Of a DNA stretch of 64,000 bases, positions 11,723-20,036 are shown in pieces. The translations under genes were made by a program, and so were the position numbers. Numbering within the stretch: position 1 is the stretch's first letter; the number at the start of each line of letters is the position of its first letter. The stretch comes from an uncultured PS1 clade bacterium. GTDB lineage: Bacteria; Pseudomonadota; Alphaproteobacteria; MED-G09. The notes beneath the pieces were generated by a model. That model was not told the DNA's origin. It was given only the letters and a program-made list of their open reading frames with translations, and did no database searches. Location: assembly GCA_902626605.1 (NCBI GenBank), contig CACOFZ010000002.1:21932-85931 (forward strand), in the 5' to 3' direction.

Positions 11723-11914
11723 TTAAATAGAAATCCATATTCTAAAAGTTTGATAAACTTTATAAAACATTATTAATGAAAACATAATGGTTAAAGACAT
11801 TAAAATACGACCATATTTTGTTTCTTGATATTTTTCTGACATGTATCCAAGAACACCAGTTATTGCTCCAATAAAAGCCATTTGTAAGAAAAGTTTGTAA
11901 AGATCGGGGTTCAT
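11723..11914 (-). CDS. Small two-helix membrane protein, hypothetical
   Basis: 63 aa, two hydrophobic segments, GAGAG RBS, fills intergenic gap. Confidence 0.55.
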   Translation of the reverse strand: MNPDLYKLFLQMAFIGAITGVLGYMSEKYQETKYGRILMSLTIMFSLIMFYKVYQTFRIWISI

Positions 11915-11988
11915 TTAATTTTCTCTCATTATAAAAGTTTATTTACTGTATTAATAATATCCGTATATTCTAGCAACATATATTTTAA

Positions 11989-12064
<76 letters not shown>

Positions 12065-12086
12065 AAAATAATAAGAAAGGATAGAC

Positions 12087-12986
12087 GTGAATTTAGAAAA
12101 AATTATAAATTTAGAAGTAACCCTAATAGCCATTCCTTTCTTCTTTTTAGCAATTTTGTTAGAAATTTTAGCTATTAAATTCCTAAAAACCAATGGAACC
12201 ATTGATACAAAAGATAATTCAGTGTCAATATTTATGGGTTTAACAAGCGTTGTTACAAATGGATTATCAGCTTTTATAACCTTAAATGTTTTATTTTGGT
12301 TTGAACAATTTCAAATTACTAAATTTCCTCTAACAATATGGACAGTTATTATATGCTTTATTCTTGATGATCTTAGATATTATACTCACCATAGGATAGT
12401 TCACAGATGCAGATGGGGTTGGGCAATGCATGTAACCCATCATTCTAGTAACAGAATTTCTCTTGCGGTAGCTCTTCGTCAAGGTTGGACAAAACATTTT
12501 ACAGGGACAATGTATCTAAAAATTCCTCTTATTCTAATTGGTTTTGATCCAATTTTAGTTATTTTTTGTGGAGCAATGAATGCCGTTTATCAATTTTTTA
12601 TTCATACAGAAACAGTTAGAAAATTTCCTAATTGGGTAGAGGCAGTATTTAATACTCCATCACACCATAGAGTTCATCATGGAAAAAACCCAGAGTTTCT
12701 TGATAAAAACTATGCTGGTACTCTCATTATTTGGGATAAATTATTTAATACTTTCGCTGAAGAGGATAAAGATAATTTTCCAGATTATGGACTTGTAAAA
12801 GATTTAGAAACTTTTAATCCCATAAAAATTGCCTTTCATGAATACTGGAATATTTTAAAAGATATGATAAGGACAGATATTTCAATAAAACAAAAATTTT
12901 TCTATCTATTTGCCCCTCCTGGCTGGAGTCATGATGGCTCAAGGAAAATGTCAACAGACATTAAAAAAGAATTTAGATCTAATTAA
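12087..12986 (+). CDS. Sterol desaturase/fatty acid hydroxylase family (alkylglycerol monooxygenase-like)
   Basis: His boxes HRIVH, HVTHH, HHRVHH; DKNYAGTLIIWDKLF; GTG start. Confidence 0.85.
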   Translation: MNLEKIINLEVTLIAIPFFFLAILLEILAIKFLKTNGTIDTKDNSVSIFMGLTSVVTNGLSAFITLNVLFWFEQFQITKFPLTIWTVIICFILDDLRYYTHHRIVHRCRWGWAMHVTHHSSNRISLAVALRQGWTKHFTGTMYLKIPLILIGFDPILVIFCGAMNAVYQFFIHTETVRKFPNWVEAVFNTPSHHRVHHGKNPEFLDKNYAGTLIIWDKLFNTFAEEDKDNFPDYGLVKDLETFNPIKIAFHEYWNILKDMIRTDISIKQKFFYLFAPPGWSHDGSRKMSTDIKKEFRSN

Positions 12987-13018
12987 AAAAAGGCCTCTAA
13001 ATAAGGCCTTTTTTAATT
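12981..13018. terminator. Bidirectional intrinsic terminator
   Basis: Inverted repeat with AGGCCT arms flanked by an A run and a T run, between convergent genes. Confidence 0.85.
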
Positions 13019-13035
13019 GTTTATTTCATAAGTTA

Positions 13036-15186
13036 TTAAAACCTATAAGAAATACTTCCGGAAATCATTCTTGGATGTCCATGTGTACCAATAATATAGA
13101 AAGGGTCAGTCATATTATTTACAGGGTCTAATGCACCGCCTGCGCCCAAGTTTACCCAGTTCTCAAGATCTGTATAATATTGTTCATCGGTTAAATTCTC
13201 ACCGTGAATCATAAACTCCCAATTACCTGATCTAATGCCAGTAGTAAGATTTAAAGTATAATAACTAGGATTTTTAATTGAGTCATGAGCCGGCATACTA
13301 GCACTTGTACCACGTCTATTATATTGAATATCAGCAATAAATTCCATTCCGTTATCAAGTGGCTTTTCGTAATTAGCAGCTAAGGCTACTCCATTATCAA
13401 TAGATCCTGATGGAGTTCTTCCGCTCATATCAACACCGTTAATAATTGTTCCCCTGTCCCATTTTGCACTTAGAGTACCTAACGCTGCGGCTAATGATAA
13501 ATTTTCCGTTGCTTGAAAAGCTAACTCTAGTTCAAAGCCAACATTTTCTGAATCCCCAGAATTTCCAACAGACTCAAAAGGACCCGTTGCTGACTGAATA
13601 ATAGTAGTGAAAAGTCTATCTTCATAATCAATAAGAAATGCTGCGGCAGAAAAATTACCTCTTCCATTCATAAAGGATCCTTTAAGGCCAACCTCTGTTT
13701 GAATAGCCTCCTCTTTGCTGTATGTTGATAAAGATGGATTACCTTGAGAATCAAAAATAACAGGTTCATGCCTTAAACCACCCGGTTCATATCCCTTCGA
13801 AATAGTTACATAAAACATAGTATCTTCATCAAGATTTCTTGAAATAGAAAGTCTCGGTAAAACTTCTGTTCCGTCAACTGAGTTGGCATGATCTAGACCA
13901 CTCTCAGTAACTTCAGCTGGGACAAGTTTCTTTCTTTCCCAAGAGTCAACTCTTAAACCAAATCCTATTTCCCAAGGACCTGAAGTATATGTTAGGTTAC
14001 CAAAGGCTGCTAAATGGGTAGTTTCTGTATCATCATGTTTACCTGGCACTGTAAGATCTACACCGAAAATTTGAGGTCCAAATCTAGTTGTGGCTCTCTC
14101 AACCCACTCCATTTTTGAGGAATATAAGCCAGCCTGCCACTGAAGATTATTGGAAGTATTTGATGCAAAACGTATTTCTTGAATAGTTGCCTCAAATGTT
14201 TCATCTTGACGAGCATTAAGCCATAATTCAGGCTGAAGATCGACATCAGTCAATCTTTTTGCATCTGTATCAGTGTATGATGTTATACTAGTAACATCAA
14301 AGCCATCAAGCTCCCAAGTAAGTTCTAAACTTGCTCCGTATGTCTCTTTATCATTATTTGACGGAGTTTCAATATCATTAATATAAGGGTAATCAAAATT
14401 AGGAGGAGTTCCTCTTTCTAAGGCCCAATTATTATTTGGACCATCATATTGATTAGATCTTAATGATGCATATAAGGATAAATTGTCAGATAAAGGTCCA
14501 GCGATAGAAATTCTTCCACCACTTTCTTCATAACCTGCAACACTATCATCATCAGTTGTTGGGTTATACATAAAACCATCATCTTCCCTTGTAAAAGCGA
14601 AAAGACGAACTGCCCATTCATTACTAATTGGTAAGTTTATAGAACCCTCAACATCCGTTGAACTTTGCTCTCCAGCCATCAGTTTAATATGACCAGTTAT
14701 TTCGTCAGGAGAGGGTCTTGTGCTGATAAATTTAACTGCACCACCAATATTACTTCCGCCATAAAGAACACCTTGTGGTCCTTTTAAAACTTCTATTCTA
14801 TCTAGATCACCAAACCTAGATGAAGCATCACCAAATAGCTGAACATCATCCAAATAAAAACCTACGCCTTGTGTAAGACTAAATGCCCCCATACCTCTCA
14901 TGGTTACATTTGGCCAACCATCTGTTCTAGTGTTTAGATTAAGATTTGGAACAGACATTCCAATTTTATCTAAATTTTTAATATTATGTCTAGAAATTGT
15001 TTCGCCTGATAGCGCTACGACTGTTTCAGGAATATCTAATAGACTTTCCTCTCTTTTTCTAGCTGTAACAATTATTTCTTCGAGACCTAAACTTGTCTCC
15101 TGAGCAGAAATAAAACTACTGTTATTAAAAAGCATAACTGAAAATAAAGATATGCTAACAATAAAAAATTTGAAATTATTATTCAT
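13036..15186 (-). CDS. TonB-dependent receptor
   Basis: Signal peptide, EEIIVTARKREE TonB-box region, RIEVLKGPQG plug motif, C-terminal aromatic YRF. Confidence 0.93.
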   Translation of the reverse strand: MNNNFKFFIVSISLFSVMLFNNSSFISAQETSLGLEEIIVTARKREESLLDIPETVVALSGETISRHNIKNLDKIGMSVPNLNLNTRTDGWPNVTMRGMGAFSLTQGVGFYLDDVQLFGDASSRFGDLDRIEVLKGPQGVLYGGSNIGGAVKFISTRPSPDEITGHIKLMAGEQSSTDVEGSINLPISNEWAVRLFAFTREDDGFMYNPTTDDDSVAGYEESGGRISIAGPLSDNLSLYASLRSNQYDGPNNNWALERGTPPNFDYPYINDIETPSNNDKETYGASLELTWELDGFDVTSITSYTDTDAKRLTDVDLQPELWLNARQDETFEATIQEIRFASNTSNNLQWQAGLYSSKMEWVERATTRFGPQIFGVDLTVPGKHDDTETTHLAAFGNLTYTSGPWEIGFGLRVDSWERKKLVPAEVTESGLDHANSVDGTEVLPRLSISRNLDEDTMFYVTISKGYEPGGLRHEPVIFDSQGNPSLSTYSKEEAIQTEVGLKGSFMNGRGNFSAAAFLIDYEDRLFTTIIQSATGPFESVGNSGDSENVGFELELAFQATENLSLAAALGTLSAKWDRGTIINGVDMSGRTPSGSIDNGVALAANYEKPLDNGMEFIADIQYNRRGTSASMPAHDSIKNPSYYTLNLTTGIRSGNWEFMIHGENLTDEQYYTDLENWVNLGAGGALDPVNNMTDPFYIIGTHGHPRMISGSISYRF

Positions 15187-15264
15187 AATACCCCCCCGGA
15201 TTTATATAATAAGTTACTAATAACCGCATAATTTTATAAAATATGCAAATTTTTAATTAAACAA

Positions 15265-15357
15265 TTATTTAATAAAGCTTAATCCCAAGAAAAAAACTGG
15301 CGATAAACAAACCGCCATAATCAAAATAATTAAAATTGCTAATAAAAATTTTTTCAT
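15265..15357 (-). CDS. 30-aa hydrophobic small membrane peptide (MKKFLLAILIILIMAVCLSPVFFLGLSFIK)
   Basis: Manual translation; ATG overlaps the upstream stop as TAATG; below ORF-track cutoff. Confidence 0.5.
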   Translation of the reverse strand: MKKFLLAILIILIMAVCLSPVFFLGLSFIK

Positions 15358-15566
15358 TATTTCATTGAACACATTCTTGGAACTGCATGATTTTCTTTAT
15401 TCTCCATTACTTGAACAATACCAACACCATCAGCAACCGCAAATTTCATCCCATCGACACAATAAGTGGTAATACCTTTATCTGAGTATAAAGTTTTTAC
15501 ATGAGCAAAAATATTACTTGGTAATAAACTTGAAAATAAAATAGCTAATAAGATTAATTTTTTCAT
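15357..15566 (-). CDS. Small secreted protein, hypothetical
   Basis: Signal peptide, two Cys, strong AAAGGAGA RBS. Confidence 0.7.
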   Translation of the reverse strand: MKKLILLAILFSSLLPSNIFAHVKTLYSDKGITTYCVDGMKFAVADGVGIVQVMENKENHAVPRMCSMK

Positions 15567-15695
15567 TTAATTCTCCTTTAATTTCAGAATCAATTGATTC
15601 ATATTTTTTTTAAAGTAAGATTTTAAAAATTAGAAATATAAAAAAATTTAAAAAAGAAGGTCTCTTTTTATAAATTTATAAACTTAGGAAATCCT

Positions 15696-16505
15696 ATGAT
15701 TAGCTTAAAGAGAAATAAAAAAGGAGAGCTTCAAAAAGCACCAGGGTTAAGAACTCGAAAATCCTCAATCTACACCCCTAACCAAGAAAAAGATTTTGTA
15801 ATCAGTAGAGGTAAATTTTCTGACTTCCTTACATGTCCTAGATGTTTTTATATTGATAGAGTAGCGGGTATAATTTCACCTACGCCCCCTGGTTGGACGC
15901 TTAATGCTTTAACAGATACTCTTTTAAAAGATGAGTTCGATGAATGTCGAGCAAAACAAAAATCGCATAGGATTTTAATTGAGAATAATCTTAGTCACAT
16001 AGTTCCTTTCCAGCATGATGATATTGATAAGTGGAGAAATTCTCTTCATTACGGTCTAGAAGCCCGATTTAAAGACACTAATATAATTTTAAAGGGTGGA
16101 GTGGATGATGTTTGGATTAATACAAAAACAGATGAATTGGTTGTTGCTGATTATAAATCCCAACAAAGTAATTTTGAGGTTACACAAGAAACATATTTTA
16201 GTAGCCCTTTTAAAGATGGGTATAAAAAACAATTAGACTTTTATGCATATTTATTAATGGAAATGGACTTTAATGTGTCGAAAGACTCCTATTTATATAT
16301 TTGCAATGCCATTAATCAAAATAAAGGATTTAATGGTGAAATGATTTTTGATGAAATTCTCATTCATTATGAAATTGATACATCCTACATAGATCAAGAA
16401 ATACAAAATATGATTAATGTCCTTAATTCAGATAAACCTCCTCAATCTAATGAAAGTTGTGAAAACTGCGCTTATGCCAATAAAAGATCTGAATTAAATT
16501 TATAG
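15696..16505 (+). CDS. RecB/Cas4-like PD-(D/E)XK nuclease with two CxxC motifs
   Basis: GGVDD...ADYKS...QLDFY nuclease motifs; CPRC and CENC. Confidence 0.85.
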   Translation: MISLKRNKKGELQKAPGLRTRKSSIYTPNQEKDFVISRGKFSDFLTCPRCFYIDRVAGIISPTPPGWTLNALTDTLLKDEFDECRAKQKSHRILIENNLSHIVPFQHDDIDKWRNSLHYGLEARFKDTNIILKGGVDDVWINTKTDELVVADYKSQQSNFEVTQETYFSSPFKDGYKKQLDFYAYLLMEMDFNVSKDSYLYICNAINQNKGFNGEMIFDEILIHYEIDTSYIDQEIQNMINVLNSDKPPQSNESCENCAYANKRSELNL

Positions 16506-16703
16506 GTCTTTCTTCTTCATAAAACCAATTGTTAGTTGATGAATCTCTAGATCATTTTCTTTTAGTAAAAAATCTAATTGAGACTCAGCAAAAATATATT
16601 CAACTGAATCTTTACCGAATAAATAAAATGCTCGTTTTTTAAGATCATTCCATTGCTCAATTCTTTTCACTATTTCTTTTGATATTTTATTTTTTTTATT
16701 CAT
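16500..16703 (-). CDS. 67-aa hypothetical protein downstream of riboswitch
   Basis: Perfect AAGGAGG SD at 16709-16715; lies directly after riboswitch and terminator. Confidence 0.75.
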   Translation of the reverse strand: MNKKNKISKEIVKRIEQWNDLKKRAFYLFGKDSVEYIFAESQLDFLLKENDLEIHQLTIGFMKKKDL

Positions 16704-16738
16704 TCTTGCCTCCTTTATTAAAGTTAAAATAAAGGCAT

Positions 16739-16775
16739 AAAAAAAGCCCCTACGATAAACATCGTAAGAGCCCTT
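16739..16775 (-). terminator. Intrinsic terminator, riboswitch expression platform
   Basis: GCUCUUACGAU-GUUU-AUCGUAGGGGC stem followed by U7. Confidence 0.85.
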
Positions 16776-16889
16776 AATCGTATTGTTGTTATGGAGCCTT
16801 TATCAAGGTCTTAACCTAAAACCACATCGTTTGGACCACCTTTGCCCGATTAAGGCTGGTTGGCGGAGCTTTCACTCTCTCTTGATGTA
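16774..16889 (-). ncRNA. SAM-I/IV-type riboswitch aptamer
   Basis: P1 ACAUC/GAUGU, J1/2 AAGAGA, P2 GAGU-GAAA-GCUC, P3 GCC-AA-CC...GG-U-GGU, P5 GGUUUUA/UAAGACC, L3 UUAAUCG complementary to downstream CGAUUAA (pseudoknot). Confidence 0.8.
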
Positions 16890-16894
16890 ATTCA

Positions 16895-16923
16895 ATTATA
16901 GCTTAAAAAAGCAAATATTGCAT
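16895..16923 (-). promoter_or_regulatory. Putative sigma70 promoter of riboswitch leader
   Basis: TATAAT at 16900-16895 just upstream of P1; ATGCAA at 17-nt spacing (weak -35). Confidence 0.5.
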
Positions 16924-16988
16924 TAATTTAATTCATTGTAATAAAATTTATATAGATCTTATAAATATTTTTTACTAACGTTATACAA

Positions 16989-17840
16989 ATGGTATTTAAT
17001 CAAAATAATGATTTTAATTCTTATACAAAGGAACAAAAAAAAGTCCTAGATTTGGAAAAAAAATATTTCAATATTCTTTTTAAAATCTTTTCACATCAAA
17101 ACTTTGAAGATGAATTAAGAGCAATTATGAACGATATAAACTCTGACTGGAAAAGAATATATGAGTTTTGGGGCAAAAAAAATGTAGTTGAATTAGCAGT
17201 CGAGAGACATATTAACTATAGAATTTATAATGACTCATCATTGAAAAATATTATTCAATCCATTTATCCATCTGTCATAAGTTCAGACACTGCATTTGTA
17301 ACGAATGATGCAGTAATAAATATTGACTCTAAAACAATAAGTGTAAGTGGTAATAAAAATGATTGGACACGACAAACAGTTGGATGCAACCAAACTTCCT
17401 TTGATAATAAATTAAACTTTTTTTCAAAAGGAAAAAATTTGTCTTTACCGATAACAAGTTTGTTAAAAAGTTATCATAAATCTAAACCTGTTTTATCTTT
17501 TTTCTTATCAACCCTTTATCATAGCGATGATAAGAATCAAAAAGACTCTTGGTACGTAGACTCTAAATATAAAAATAAACCGTATTATAGTGATAAAACT
17601 AAAGATAAAACTATAGTTAAAGAAATATTTAAAAAAAACATAAAGTTTTCTTGCATGCCCCACAATGAGTTATCAAGTTTATTTGAATATAATATTATAT
17701 CAGGGGTTAAATCATACAAACCTCCAGATGTACCTAAACCAACTGGTACGTCATCAGTAAGAGTTGAACATGAAAATCTTAAACATAGATATGACTCTAA
17801 TGGAAATTACTGGGAAGGAATGAAATTATGGACATTTTAA
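16989..17840 (+). CDS. Putative type II restriction endonuclease
   Basis: Orphan-like 283-aa protein with E...SSD...IDSK PD-(D/E)XK-like arrangement, convergent and overlapping with a C5 methyltransferase. Confidence 0.6.
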   Translation: MVFNQNNDFNSYTKEQKKVLDLEKKYFNILFKIFSHQNFEDELRAIMNDINSDWKRIYEFWGKKNVVELAVERHINYRIYNDSSLKNIIQSIYPSVISSDTAFVTNDAVINIDSKTISVSGNKNDWTRQTVGCNQTSFDNKLNFFSKGKNLSLPITSLLKSYHKSKPVLSFFLSTLYHSDDKNQKDSWYVDSKYKNKPYYSDKTKDKTIVKEIFKKNIKFSCMPHNELSSLFEYNIISGVKSYKPPDVPKPTGTSSVRVEHENLKHRYDSNGNYWEGMKLWTF

Positions 17841-19039
17841 TATAATTGCTCTTTAACCTCCCTTGCTATTACCTCTGCTAGCTTTACTGGTACAGCATTA
17901 CCAATTTGTTTATACATACTACCTAAAGCACCATAAAAAACAAAATCATCAGGAAAAGTTTGTAAAATTGCACATTCCCTAACACTCATCCTACGTTTCT
18001 TATTTGGGTGTATTTCTGGTCCTGTTGCGGTTATGGTATCGCTTGGGGTTTCCCAATTACTGATTCTTAATGATTGCTCAAAAACAATGGTTTTCTCTTC
18101 TAAAATAGTGACTTGATCATCATATTTATCATCAAAATTAAGTAATTTTTTCAGCTCCCACCAATCCTCTGGGTTAGGAATACTTCCTGAGTTATTATCT
18201 TTTCTAAACCAATGCCCTGCAGTATGTGCATAGCCAAAATGTTCATCAATTTTTTTTGTTGACCATTCGCTTTTATTTCTCCATTCCCTCAAATAATCAC
18301 ATATATCATGTTGATTAACATCATACTTTCTTCCCCAAAATTTTTCACTTACGTTAGTTCTGGCTATATGATTGTGAATTACTGTTCCATTTAAATTGAA
18401 TTCTTTATCTCTAATTCTTACAGACTTTAAGTGGCCAATTACATCTTTTACAGGAACATACGGTTTTGTTGAATTATTAAATAAATCATTTCCAAGGCCA
18501 TGAGTAATAGGAGGAAAAATATTATCAACACCAATATTATTTCCTATAATAATCACGCGCTCTCTATTTTGAGGTACTCCATAATCACTTGCTTTAAGTA
18601 ATCGATAGTCAACTTTATAACCAATTTCTTTAAAATCTTTTAAAATCATCTCCATTACCTCTCCACCCTGAAGTGATAAGATTCCTTTCACATTTTCAGC
18701 TATGAAAAACTTTGGTTTTTTATCTTTTAAAATCCTTAACATCTCTAAATAAAGAAAATTTCTTTCATCTTTAATACTGCGCTTAATATTCGCTACTGAA
18801 AAACCTTGGCAAGGAAAACCTCCTAATAAAACATCAAAATCATTGGGTATTTCAGAGCTTGGTATTTTTGTAATATCCCCCAGGACAATATGATCACCAA
18901 TATTTTCGCGGTAAGTCTTTACGGCATCCTTTTCAAAGTCATTTGCCCAAATAATATCAAATCCTTGATTTTTAAAACCAAGATCTAGTCCTCCGCAGCC
19001 AGAGAATAAGCCCACAACTGATAATTTCTTTTTAGCCAA
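17837..19039 (-). CDS. dcm: DNA (cytosine-5)-methyltransferase
   Basis: LFSGCGG, GGFPCQGFS, ENVKG, QNRERV, RECAILQTFP, QIGNAVP; TTG start. Confidence 0.95.
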   Translation of the reverse strand: MAKKKLSVVGLFSGCGGLDLGFKNQGFDIIWANDFEKDAVKTYRENIGDHIVLGDITKIPSSEIPNDFDVLLGGFPCQGFSVANIKRSIKDERNFLYLEMLRILKDKKPKFFIAENVKGILSLQGGEVMEMILKDFKEIGYKVDYRLLKASDYGVPQNRERVIIIGNNIGVDNIFPPITHGLGNDLFNNSTKPYVPVKDVIGHLKSVRIRDKEFNLNGTVIHNHIARTNVSEKFWGRKYDVNQHDICDYLREWRNKSEWSTKKIDEHFGYAHTAGHWFRKDNNSGSIPNPEDWWELKKLLNFDDKYDDQVTILEEKTIVFEQSLRISNWETPSDTITATGPEIHPNKKRRMSVRECAILQTFPDDFVFYGALGSMYKQIGNAVPVKLAEVIAREVKEQLY

Positions 19040-19062
19040 AACCTTACCTATTTATAATTAGA

Positions 19063-19986
19063 TTAGATACTTTCCATCCAATGATTAAATTTCTTATCAT
19101 TACATGAAGTAATTAATGAAAATCTTTTCTTTAAAATGTTAGTTAAATTTCGTTCATCATTATTTGATATTAATTGATTATCAATTTTCACAACTGGACA
19201 AATTATATGAGAGGAGGATGTAATGAAAACTTCTTTAGCATCCTTTAATTTATCTAATGTAATTTGACCTTCAAAAATTTTTATATTCTCATCACGGGCT
19301 ATTTCCAAGACACTTTTTCGAGTAATTCCATATAAAACCTGATTTTCATCAGCAGTTAATAAATTATCTTCGCCATCAACGATAAAAATATTTGAAGTTG
19401 TTGACTCAGTTATATTTCCATTCTCATCTGTAAAAAATATTTCATCATAGCCGTTTCTTCGAGCTTGCCATTTCGCCATCATTGATGATGTATAGTTTCC
19501 AGCAATTTTTACTTGTGGTGGAATAATATCATTTCTTCTTTGGTGTTTTTCTTTTTCTATCCAAACACTTAATTCTTTAAATTTATGAAAAGGTTGAGTA
19601 TTTTTTGAAATAATATCCTCTTGAGGATCATATGCAGCAATTGCCACAGTAGAGAAAGGATCCTGAGGTACTACGTCTACTTCAACTGAGGCAATATAAA
19701 CACTTATTTTAATATATTTGCTTCCTGAATTTTTTTTTACAGTATCCTTTATTGCTGCCTTAATTTCATTTTCATTATAACTTATTGGAATTCCTGCAGT
19801 TTCACATGAACTAAACAATCTCTTAACATGATCATGAAGACGAAAAATTGAAACTACCCCATCATTTTCAAAAATTGGAATAAACCCAAAAATAAGAGAA
19901 CCACGTTGGTGAGAATGTGACAAAATATGAACATTGGCTTTTTCCCAATTCACATATTCACCATTTATCCAAATTTTTCTTTGCAA
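19063..19986 (-). CDS. Class IV aminotransferase (IlvE/PabC-like)
   Basis: KIAGNY catalytic Lys, ESTTSNIF, LYGITR, EVFITSS. Confidence 0.88.
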   Translation of the reverse strand: MQRKIWINGEYVNWEKANVHILSHSHQRGSLIFGFIPIFENDGVVSIFRLHDHVKRLFSSCETAGIPISYNENEIKAAIKDTVKKNSGSKYIKISVYIASVEVDVVPQDPFSTVAIAAYDPQEDIISKNTQPFHKFKELSVWIEKEKHQRRNDIIPPQVKIAGNYTSSMMAKWQARRNGYDEIFFTDENGNITESTTSNIFIVDGEDNLLTADENQVLYGITRKSVLEIARDENIKIFEGQITLDKLKDAKEVFITSSSHIICPVVKIDNQLISNNDERNLTNILKKRFSLITSCNDKKFNHWMESI

Positions 19987-20036
19987 ATGAATTACCTTTA
20001 GTAAAGAATCAAATTTTAATTTAACCTAAAATTATA

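Noticed and set aside
15696..16900. CRISPR-Cas locus suggested by the Cas4-like nuclease and nearby short repeats (TACGAT, TTAATCG)
   Set aside because: No repeat-spacer array or other cas genes; the repeats are explained by riboswitch pairing
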